64,000 nt of DNA from Lytechinus pictus (lineage: Eukaryota), in contig NC_087251.1 of NCBI RefSeq assembly GCF_037042905.1, forward strand, positions 37,636,001-37,700,000, in the 5' to 3' direction. The translations under genes were made by a program, and so were the position numbers. The notes under the pieces were generated by a model. It had not been told where the DNA came from, searched no databases, and saw only the letters and a program-made list of their open reading frames with translations. Shown here piece by piece: positions 48,371 to 59,828 of the stretch (the first letter of the stretch is position 1; the number at the start of each line of letters is the position of its first letter).

Positions 48371-49583
48371 TATGCTTTTCACACTGCACATATTTTCCTT
48401 AACCCCGGGGAAACTGGTGGGGCTAAGGGGGGGGGGGGGTCTTAGCCCCACCAATTTCCCAGGGTAAAAGTGGGCTAGCACGGTAAATAGTACAATACTA
48501 TCTGGCTCTGCAAAAAAAGCAGGGTTAGCCGGCTTATTGTGGTAAGCCCGCTTATTGTGCTGGTAAGAGATGCAGTGTGAACCAAACCTTTGCTGAGGAA
48601 AATTGGGGCTAAGCATTAGTCAATCACAGAAGTCGAAATTGCACAGTAATCACGCTCTGTGTAGCAAAATCATCAATATTCATGAGCTGTGCGATAGTCA
48701 GGATTAAAGCGTCAGCCACGGCTAAGCAAATAGTACATGTATGGGGTTAAGAAAGACAGTGTGAAACAAAAAAGACAGTATGGGGTTAACCCTTTAGCAC
48801 CTGAACCCCCCGAGACCGCCCTTCCTATTACACACTTAACCGCCCGTACGTTTTCTTTGCGCTATAGTATCTCTTGTCTATGATTTACCGTGGTAATATT
48901 GCGTGTGCATACCGTATAGGTTGGCTGCTACATAGATCTGCATAGATAAGTGTATGCTCCTATTGAGTATAATAGAGAAAAACCGATTGACATGCATCGG
49001 TGTGTAGCAAGTTCCAGACTGTTGCGCAGTCGATCTCAGCAAAGATGGCTGCGTCCATGTCTCGGAAAACCACTTACTTCGCCGAAGAAGCTCGGGCCTT
49101 GCTATATGTTCATCAAAACGTTGGATATCACACAGAGTGACATCTAGATGTGAGTTGGAATTAATTTTTGACATATTTGATCCAAGATTTGGCGAAAACT
49201 TTAGTATTCTGTCAGTGATACTTTACATTTTTTTGAAGGCGTGGGACTGGGGCGGCTGAAACCCGAACTTTTTTCTTTTTTTCTTCTCGCTCTGCAAACG
49301 ATTGTCAAAGGTCAATATTCGTACATCTGATTGAACTTTGCCATGTACCATTCTATTCAACAGTTCCTATGCTACAAAATAAATATAACTTGTAATGAAC
49401 AAAAGTAAATTTATAAAAAAATATTTCAATTTGTTTGGAACAATGCCTACTTATTACCAGTTTTATTGTTTCCTCCAGTGAGTAATTGCCATTATGCATA
49501 GGAATCTGTAGGTGCTATAGGGTTAAGGAAAGTCCGGGGTTAAGGATAGTATGGGGTTAAGGAAATGCAGTGTGAAAAGCATA
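48371..49583. mobile_element. Harbinger-like MITE, family H2 (inverted relative to 14496), interrupted by a piggyBac-like element
   Basis: TATGCTTTTCACACTGCA...TGCAGTGTGAAAAGCATA; perfect 18-bp TIR. Confidence 0.87.
48790..49522. mobile_element. Non-autonomous piggyBac-like element
   Basis: TTAA|CCCTTTAGCACCT...AGGTGCTATAGGG|TTAA (CCC...GGG ends, TTAA TSD), inserted in a GGGGTTAAGG repeat of the host. Confidence 0.88.
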
Positions 49584-50984
49584 TTTGAGTGCTCAGATCT
49601 TAATTGGTATTTTATCTGATTAATGAAAAATGCATACATGTGCATCGTTGCCTAAATTTTTTGTTTACAACCTTTTCATCTGCATAAATTTGCAGTTATA
49701 AATTAAGTGCAATACCGTTATACTTTTATACAGTATTCGAATTCAATACAGATTTGATCCCCTCCCATTAAAAAAAAAAAAATTACAACCAACTAAATGA
49801 AATGGCCTATCAAGATCATCGTTGTATGTGCATTTTGCTCAGTAGACTGATTACGAACTAATCAGAATTGTTTTTTCAAATTAGTCTAGGGATTATGCCT
49901 AATTGATAACCATTCTGGGTAGTATTCTCAAAGATTGCCAGAGGCAGAAATGTATGCAAATTCAATATCAAATATAATAACTGATTCAGGCTTATGTATA
50001 ATAAACATACCTCATATCAGTACTACCATGTCTATAATTAGAAAATCTTAGTAAAGCTGGTTAGTCTCTCTTTATTCTCTCAACATTCAATATCATTCAC
50101 GGAGAGGAGAATAGACTGCCCGTTTGCTGTAGATAGTCTGTGTACATGCCACACTTCCTATTTACACCTCCCATTTCCAATGGTCAAATACAGGTCAAAA
50201 GTGGGTCAATCTGGGAACAAAACACCAGCCTGGCCTGGTTGTTTCCACATCCTACACGCTGGGATTGTATTCAGGTTTGACCCAGGTCAGCCTCCTTTCT
50301 CTCTGGCTGATAATCCTGCTGGGCTGCAATCCCAGACAAGGACAAATTCATGTGGTCAAGGAGTAAGCACTATGCAGTGGCCAGGAGTGCTGAAATGTGT
50401 ATCAAATCATATTACCCAAACAATGGTGATCTACTTGCCTTTGCCTGGGCCAGACATGCAGTGATCTACTTTTAATCAGATTGTAGTAAGTGGTAAATAA
50501 AGAATGTAAATAGTCACAGTGAACTTGGGTCAACTTGTTCACGTAGATCTTCCAATCACTTGTTTTTCATTGACACATAGTTATATGATGTGAAATGGTG
50601 TTTACTGTGAAAAGGTGTTCACATCTTGAAAGGGGTAATGGACTTATGCATAACATCTGGATGTGCATGAAATATCAATTATAGATTTAATTGTCAATGG
50701 TATTCTTGGTTCTATTTGTGAAGAGAAAGTGATCATTTTGAATTAAGCCCTTGTACTTGAGGTACGAACCAATTCAGTTTGGATGTTATGGTAAATTCTA
50801 ACTGAAGACTTCAAGTAGGACCTATGCGTAACAAATAGAATTCTTGCTCTGACATAGCAAAACACCTCACGTATTGTATAACCCATTGGAAGTACTCTTT
50901 TCCTTTGGGCAGCCCCAAGTTATGGCTGCCATAAGTTATTAAAGTCATATGCATCTATAGTTGACCTGTACTCTCCATACTTAA

Positions 50985-51567
50985 AGGAGAATGAAACCCT
51001 TGAAACTAGCTGAATCCATATTAAAGAGAAAAATCAAAGAAACATATTGTTGAAAGTTTGAGGAAGATTGAATAAATAATAAGAAAGTTATGAGCATTTG
51101 AATATTGAGATCACTAGTGCCATGTAGATCCTCCCATCGGCAATGCGACCAAGATCTGTGATATCACACACGTACAACTCCCTCATTACTTTAGTACTTA
51201 TTTCACTTATATTCTCACTTTTATAGAGTCTATCACAATGTTAGGTGTTTTCTTTATGAGATGACAAGTACAGAGGTTTCACAACATTATATCATTGATG
51301 AATCGTTTGTCATATGATTAGAATGAGCAAAAAGAGATGTTTTGGGGTATATTTTCAGTGTCCGAATGGGAGAGTTGTACGTGTGTGACATCACAGATCT
51401 TGGTCGCATTGCCAATGGGAGGATCTCCATAGCATTAGTGATCTCGACATTCAAATGCTCATAACTCTTTTATTGCTAGTCCTATTTTACTCAAAGTTTT
51501 GTTGATCTTATTCTTTGATTTTTCTGCTTTCATAAAAGCTAACTTGCTCCAAGAGTTTCATTCTCCT
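50985..51567. mobile_element. Kolobok-like MITE, family C
   Basis: TTAA|AGGAGAATGAAAC...GTTTCATTCTCCT|TTAA; ~200-bp inverted arms (GGCAATGCGACCAAGATCTGTGAT / ATCACAGATCTTGGTCGCATTGCC). Confidence 0.88.
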
Positions 51568-54014
51568 TTAATCTGTTCATTATCTCCAAGTCTGATGCTT
51601 GGCTTGAAGCAGGCCTGTATTATCGTGCAGACCTGGATCAGAGAATGCCTGGATCTTGGGAAGTATTCTGGATGGGAGCATTACATAACATCTTTTCAGC
51701 GTTGTAACAATAGCACATTGATGAACCCTGGGATAGAGAAAAACCTGGTGAAGTGTATCAATCAATCCAGAGGAGATGCAAAGAGCCTTTGAGCCTACCT
51801 GGGCTTTTTACATCTGGTAGATGATTAATGAGAAATCCCCCCTCTTTATTGGTTTGAAAGGATGACTTTACTAAAGCCTTGTTCGGTATTGATGCGTATT
51901 AGTTTAGTCTGTCTCGAAGCGTGACATAAGATAGTATGTTCCTCAAACTTTCCTTTGGCTTCATATTGGCCCTAATATCTTTAAGCTTTCCCAATTAATT
52001 TAAAAGAATTCATTGAAAAATCATTCCATATATTGTTGTTGATTCGCTGACAGAAAGTCCCCTTGCCCCCACCCCGGCCCTCAGCTTTCATTATCATTTA
52101 AAAAAAAATGGGTGCAGATCTTTTGGACACCAATAGCATAGTTTTGTGAGTATTCAGGCACTCTTGGATTGGCACATCACAGACCATTCAGACCATCGAT
52201 ATGCTCTACTTTGGAATACCTAGTTTTTATTTACCAGTTTTGTTTGTTGAGCTGAAGGCTGAGATATATTTGGGCATGCACCTATAAAGATATGGGACAG
52301 TTCATTCAGGCATATTCTTAATAACATCAGGGAAGGTCCGCTGTAACCAACCAGATGCTATGATTTCAGTAGCTTATAACAAATAGTCAATGAAAATCTC
52401 TAATTGTTTCGTGAAAATTTCCACAGGAGATGCTCCAACATGGCAACGAGAAGGCCCTATCACAAAATTGGAACCAACTCATCTTTATACTGTAGAATCT
52501 GTATCAAGAAGATAGACAGAATACCCATCTGTTGATTTGGCTGAAGGTTATTGTATCTATAGGTGAAAAGCAAATTGATGCTCTACTGCTGCCTTTTTAA
52601 AATGTCTGTTTGTGAAGTAGACATAATAAAGATTAACTCTAGTATGCGCAAGTGGTAATATTAGTAAATTAAATGTACACAGAATTGAACAAAACATACA
52701 CATAATTAGATAACTGATACATGCCAAACAATTTTTTCAGGAAATGTAAAATTAACAGAGTAAGGAGCAAATGAAGATCAGAAAATTACTGAAAAACGCC
52801 TGTCCTTTTATTGTGTTGTCCCACATGTTGTTTCCTTTGTTAGCTACACCAGGAAAAGTATGTTTTCTTTTTATGAATTGAATATGATTTAAAGCAAGCC
52901 TGAATTATTTTGATTAAATTTTTTGTTCGACATTAGCACTCTGGTATATGATAATCAAGCAAAGTTAGGGGATCTAGTCAACAAAGTAAAGTTAAACTTA
53001 TCAACACATTGAATACTATGAAAGAAAGATGTGTATTAATAACTCTATGGTTGGTGCATTCTCTATGGGATCTATAGAATTAGCATGTGAGGTCACCAAG
53101 CTTAAATCCGGTTCTAAAATAAAGGAAATAGGGTATTTGCGGATAAGGCAGTGAGATATGATTCCACCTAAAGTCGCTGTGTGATTGACAAACATCAGGG
53201 ATAGTGATTGTAGGCCAACTTGTAGCACTTCCCACGACACTCGCCATATTGATTTTCTGAATTATTGAGCTGCCTTGCAATTGTTTGGGCTCTATTCAGT
53301 GGCACTGTGCAAGAGGCCTACAGCCAGGGGTCACTGGAAGTTTGTTTAAAAAGCAACTGACCGACCTAGTTGCTGTGTTCTGAAATTTCTGATGAGCTTC
53401 CGTATATTGATGGTACTACCACCAAGTAACTTGTCAGGGAGAGAGAGAACCAGATGGCTGACGTGTCCTGATAGATACCCTGAGAAGCACTCATCATGTT
53501 ATCAGTATGGTAAAGTTGACGTGATATTGAACTGGTGTGGGTGTCAGAACTCCTGGAGTAACTAGACTATTGCCCTGTTCCGTGGAAGTTAACATTGTAG
53601 TAACTTTGCCATCCAATGTTATCTTTCATGGAATTCTGGATTTTGTTGAGCAATATTACCATGGTAGTTACCATTGCATGGCAAAGTTGATATAAATAGT
53701 AACTGTAAATGTAATGCAACATGGCACAGAAAATATAAATGTCCTTCAAGGTTAAATGGCTGCAGTAGACCAAATTCTACTGAAGGTATACATGGACATA
53801 TCATGTAGGTTAGTTAGATGTTAATGCAATTTTCGCTTTGTACAGTAGGACCATTAAAATATCTAATTTTTTTAAAGAAAATTCAGAGAAGAGAGGGTTT
53901 TATCTATTATTGTATAGTGGACGATTGTGAATTATTAGTTAATTTCTTTCTGTTTGTGTGACAAAGGAAAAATTACTAAATTGAATAGGCAATGTGGCAT
54001 GATTTGTTAGATAA

Positions 54015-54350
54015 AGAGGAAGTTCACCTGAGGATTTTTGTTTAAATTGAAGTAGAAAATCCACTAAAGAATTAGCAAGATGTGAATTTTAATTTCATTT
54101 TATGATATCATATGCAAGCAGCTCCTTATATATCTTGTAATAACCATTTCATTCACGTTGTTTTTTTATGTGAAAAAAAAAATCATATATGACATGTAGA
54201 TGAGTTGATCCTGATATCACAAAACCATAAAATTTTAGAATTTTTAACTCCATTATTTTTTTTAATGGATATTTATTCAACTTTCACTAATATATTTCTC
54301 ATTCTTCTGCATTCATTAAAACCAATGTATCATCGGGGTGAACTCCCCCT
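54015..54350. mobile_element. Degenerate Kolobok-like MITE, family B
   Basis: AGAGGAAGTTCACC...GGGGTGAACTCCCCCT. Confidence 0.5.
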
Positions 54351-55555
54351 TCGAATGAATAATGAAGTGAGGAGCTGGTCAGAAGATATTGCAAGCTAGG
54401 AACAGATTCAAGATGATGGTGGCAAGATGACCAAATATGCTACCTTCTTGTCAAGAGGATGAATTTTTTCCTCTCCTTTCTCTGATGATTCATACAGTGT
54501 TAGAAACCCATCCTTAAAATGATCCAAGTGTGATGTCACCTTTTCTGACTCACGCCAATTATTGATGAAGTCAATGTGAATTCATGTCATTTGGGACATG
54601 TATATATACCGTATCACACATAACTAGTCATCTACCATTCTTCAAACCATGTAGCTGAATCATTTGAATGTTAGTAGTACCGTTCATAGACCTTGTGCAT
54701 AAAGGTCTAGACAAATTCAGTCTTCAGATGATATGCCGGACATGGAAGAATACAACATCCTCTCTTTCGTTGACGCTGTTGTTCTTTCTTTCCTTCCTGT
54801 CATGTTGTGTTTGACCTAAGTCTGAAATCTTGCGCAGATCATGGGGTGAATATTTCTTCATTCATTTTATTTTTATTTCGTGTTTTTCTGTTGGTTTTAC
54901 TTTTAGACCCTTAAGTTTACCCATTTAATGATAAGCAGGCATTTAAAAAAAAAAATTGGGGGGCTTATTTTCACAACCTGCCGAAACCAGCAACATTGAA
55001 CAAGCTGTAACATTGCAGTGAATGGGAATTTATTTTCTTATTTTTTAAATTCATTTCAGAGGCAAAATGCTCTAAGCCCCCCCTCCCCCCCCCAAAAAAA
55101 AAGGGGAAAATCCCCGGGTGTGAAGATTCCCAATATTCACTTGGAGAGCAATGCTTTAACGAAAAAGAGAGAGAGAATACAAAAGAAAATCAATTTACAA
55201 ATTAACTTTTTACTACCCCATTTAAAGATCAAGCTATATTTTGACACTGAATACGGCATATTTTTCCTGTACAATTCAAAAACCTGATTACTGGCCCGTG
55301 GTAATTTCAATGGATCTCTTACATCCTGTTCAACCTTCATCTTAGTTATGAAAAATAATGAAGAAAAATACAAAAGGCAAGTTCTGTTATCTTCTGCTAA
55401 CGATGGACCAAAAGGGCATTTCATTGTTATCAGTAATATCCCAGGATGCAGTGTGTAATCAACATGCAGGTTTATGATGCAATCAATGAAGATCATTAGT
55501 GTACAATCTAAATCCAACACTATCTTTTACAGACATCCTGCTTCATTAAGTACAA

Positions 55556-55755
55556 GGGAATTCCATAAAATGATCAACCTTTTTGTACGTCCGACCCCCA
55601 TTTTTCTCAAGTCATACTTCACTTCATAAACTGACCAAGTCATGGTCAATTAGAGAACATTACAGACTGTCAAAATAACAAGAAATCAGAGACAAAAAAT
55701 TTCATGAAGTCCCACATGTAGGGGGTCGGACGTACATATTTTTCTGGAATTGCCC
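55556..55755. mobile_element. Short MITE with 4-bp TSD (Sola-like)
   Basis: ACAA|GGGAATTCCA...TGGAATTGCCC|ACAA; inner inverted repeat TGTACGTCCGACCCCC / GGGGGTCGGACGTACA. Confidence 0.8.
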
Positions 55756-56278
55756 ACAACTGCCCAGGATATCAGAGTGGTAATTGATACCGGGATACAG
55801 TAAAGTGTAGGCACATCCGTAGGTAAAATGAGTAAAATTAGGCCTTTTCCCATAGATAGGGCTTAATAATTGATATGGAATATCGTTACCTATCCCATGC
55901 CCGCTTTGTTCTTCCCTATCCATCCAAATTTGATACAGAGATCAATGCCGATTCAGAGATGTCTTACAAAACTTGCCCGCCCCCCTCCCTCCCGTTCGGG
56001 AAGATGCATGATTTCATGTGATTCTTCTCAGGGAGCAGACATTCATTTTGGAAGAAAAATCAAACTGAATCATTTCTTTTCCGCTTCTGTAATAAAACAC
56101 TTAACATGGTAGAAAATTTTTACATGTATGTAATGTTACTGGTTCAAGGGAAAGGAATACCAAAAGGGTACATTTTTTTATTACATCATGAATAGGAAAT
56201 TATTTAAAATTTCAATTCAAAGGACACAATACTTTTAATGCCAGTGAAAGGGGCATATGGCCTTCAATTCATTTAATT

Positions 56279-56554
56279 CCAGGGCCCCATCTTACATAGA
56301 GTTGAGATTGATCCAATCAATCCCAACTATGGAAAGCCAGCAAATTCAACATATATAATGCATGTTTGTTGAAAAATAAATCTAGATACAAATGTATATC
56401 CATAAATTCATTGATTTCTTGACAATTTGGTGTGCTCTCCTTTGTTTACAAAGGACATATTGCAAATTTTGTGTAGAAAAAATTATGACACTGATGGATT
56501 TTCATAGTTACGTTTGATTGGATCAATCGTAACTCTTTGTAAGACGGGCCCTGG
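56279..56554. mobile_element. Harbinger-like MITE
   Basis: CCAGGGCCCCATCTTACATAGAGTT.GATTGATCCAATCAA...TTGATTGGATCAATCGTAACTCTTTGTAAGACGGGCCCTGG. Confidence 0.8.
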
Positions 56555-57039
56555 TGTTATTTCATTTTGTTTCTTATGAATGCAACTTTCCTCTTTTACC
56601 TTCCAAATGTTTGTAAGTTCCTCTCATTTCATGTAATAATTTATCACACCAATATTGTACTAAGTTATATTCTAGTTTTTTTTCACTGAGAAATAAGTTT
56701 TAATAAAAAAAAAGATTAGTCCCTTTGTATCCAGTATCCACACTCTTCTGAAATGTGAAAGAGGATTTAGCAACTTAGCAAAATGAGGGCACCATGCATA
56801 GTTTGGACATACATGAATGTAAACAATAACAGTTCATGGTATGCATTGTGACATAATAACATGCAGAGTATGTTAAATGCGTATCTCTTTGGGAAGATGC
56901 CAAGATCGCCATATCTCAAATCTTTTGGGTGATGTTTGGTTTGCACAGTTTGCTAATGTGATTTCTTCACCTATTTTATGTAAATCATTTAAGTTCTTTA
57001 TAGGGCTTAGATTAATGAATGGCAATTGAAGACATGGCC

Positions 57040-57185
57040 CCGAATGTCCCTTTGACTGGCTCAGTGCCCCTCTCATTAGACTTGGAGGGCTTTTTGTGCC
57101 CTTTTTATTATTCCATTTTTGCCATTATCAAGAAATGTGCCCTTGAAGAGTGGCCTTGCCCTGAAAATGTCGAAATTTAAGACCT
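57040..57185. repeat. Degenerate dispersed repeat with a second copy at ~62965-63120
   Basis: Both show TTGACTGG..CCCTCT.ATT..CTTGGAG..TGTGCCCTTTT..TTCCATT..AGAAATG..CCTGAAA. Confidence 0.5.
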
Positions 57186-57287
57186 GTCTCTAATACATAA
57201 AATTGCATAATTATCTTTATAATATGAACAGTTGTCGTGCATTAATTGAATTTCATTTCAGTATATCTTTTCATTTATTTAGCATCC

Positions 57288-57329
<42 letters not shown>
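57288..57329. repeat. (TA)n microsatellite
   Basis: About 20 TA units. Confidence 0.95.
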
Positions 57330-57333
<4 letters not shown>

Positions 57334-58413
57334 TAATAACATGAACTGCACACATTCTTGTGTGTAAACTGAGGGTGTTGGCTCGAACATTTTCTTGCTA
57401 GTACAAATCATTGATCTTCTGAAAAATAATTTATCTTTTGAAAAGCAAAGGATCACAAGAAGTACCTTTTAGTTTTATCCAGTCTTAATCTAAACCTTGA
57501 ACATTTTGGCAAGGAAGTGTTTTTAATTATGTACCCAAAGTGCATGTGGGGGGGGGGGGGAGATCACCAGAAAATTACAATATACAGCCATGTCCTACGT
57601 ACTAGTGTAATAGTGTCTCATTGAGATGTGAATTACAAGTTCTATGAAATATCAGTGTACCCTGAAAGTCAATTGATTCTGAATTAGCAATGCTTTCCAG
57701 TCTGTTTATCCAAGAGTTACCATAGTAACAGTTGGACATCTGTACTCCTTAGCCAGTCAGAATTGAGGAGAGTTGTCAGATCAACCACTTTTGCATGGCT
57801 CAGGTTGATGAAATGAAAATAGATAAGGCATTACATAATTCCAATTTTTGTCTACATATCATATCCTCAAAAGCAAAATAATTCTGGATTTTTTAAGCAG
57901 TAGATTTGGGGTTGCAATTGTTGAGTTATTATGTGATATTTGTTGTAATGGAAATGGAACATGGTACCTGCTACTATGCAGGCACATAATTGGAATCATT
58001 ACAATCTTTTGGATACACGTTTTATCCTCATTACTTGTGCGACCTTCTGAAGTCAAAAGGTGTGGCGATCCTAACTCAATTTGGTATGACTTTGCAACTA
58101 TTGAGAAATTGACTAGCTGTGTTATTGCAGTTCAGGTAGTTTCCCCCACCCCCTTTTGACTACGTTTACAAGAAATACACATTCCTATAAAATGTTGCAG
58201 TTTGTGATGAAAAGCCGCAATTAACTATCATTCTTACACAAGTTAATGGAAAATGCAGCCATTCCTGCATTCTGGTTTCCAAGGTCCCATTGCATAAAAA
58301 TTATGATGATTTGCCATCTAATGGTCGCTGTCATGGTTACAATGCTCAACAGGCAATCAGAATCGAGGATTTTCGGGGAAGTTAACATTGGATGACAAAG
58401 TTGTGACAGTAGC

Positions 58414-59828
58414 CAAGGCTCGACATTAGCGGTGGCCCGGTGGCCCGGGGCCACCAAAAATTCACCTCGGGCAACCATTATTGATAAAATGTTAAGTTTT
58501 GGTGGCCCGAATCGGGCAACCAATAATTTTCAAAGTAGCGCAATTTTTCTCCCAATTTTGCACGCATTTATCAACTTTCTACAGCTTAAATTGCAAGCCA
58601 GTTTGTCATGCGCCTTTTTTGTTGATCTACACACAAATACACACACACACAGTTTGCATATTAGTCCTACAGCTATAGCATACAGTAGCTATTATCCAGC
58701 CAGCCGCGCCGGCCGGCTGGCGTGAGCTTTGCATGAAGCCACTGCATACAGATGTGCTCTAGATCTAGCTCAGCCTATTCAGACTCAGGGAGCTGCGATA
58801 AAAAATGTTGCTGCTGAGAAATCTTCCACAGAACTTTGAAAATCTAAGTCAAAGTCACCTTTTACACCAATGAAATGAAATTCTACAGTCTATATTACGA
58901 AAATCTGGTGTACCCTGATTATTTGCAAGTATTAAGAAGAGGAATTATGACCTCTCTTTTGACTCAAAAAGACCGATTTCCACATGAAGTAATACACATA
59001 AAAACACATAGGCAAGTACATCACAGTCCCACGTGTGCATTTGTATGTATGTTGATACTTGGTTTCTTTCGAAGCTGTGTATTTTCTAGCCTTAAACAAA
59101 CAGACAGTTTCTTTCTTTCTTGTTTATAAATGACTTCTTAAACCACTCTTGAGAAAGTAAATACTTTGGGAAGGCATTTCATTGATATGAAATGTGATTT
59201 TTTTTCCAACATTTTGGCAAATATAGGGAAGGACTTTTCTCACACTTTTTTTCCAATATAGTTTTTTCCGTTTTCTTTTTTTTTCTTTCATTTTTTTTTG
59301 ACAGTGGTTAAACCATTTATACCCCTTCCCATTGAATATGCCTGATTAAAAAATATGTTTCTACTGAAAATAAAATAATACAAACTAAAGGATATAAAAA
59401 TAGAAATGTGCCATTCCCAAAAGGTAAGTGAAAATTATATGCTTGGCTTTTAATTATATTCCAGTCAGAATAGACTGTTGCCACAGCTGTTGAAAATATA
59501 TGTAATGGCTTCTTCCTCCTCAGGAGGACGACAAGAACACACTTGTCGAAACGTCGAGATTGGGTGGTCCTTTTCAGGACCAACATATGCCCAAGAAAGA
59601 TACATGGTGTACCGTGAAACCTACTACACTAAGATGTATAAAGTGAAAGGAACTTAGTGGTAGTGGCTGCAGAATTAATATTTCAGAAGTTTGTTTTATT
59701 CATTTTTAATGTTTTTCTTTATATTTTTCGGGCCACCAAACTTGAATATCGGGCCACCAAAAAAAATTATTTGATGGTTTTGGTGGCCCGAACGGGCCAC
59801 CACCAAAAAAAGTTAATGTGGAGCCTTG
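58414..59828. mobile_element. 7-bp-TSD DNA transposon (P- or hATw-like), longer inverted copy of 14909-15848
   Basis: CAGTAGC|CAAGGCTCGACATTA...TAATGTGGAGCCTTG|CAGTAGC; GGTGGCCCG subterminal repeats. Confidence 0.9.
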
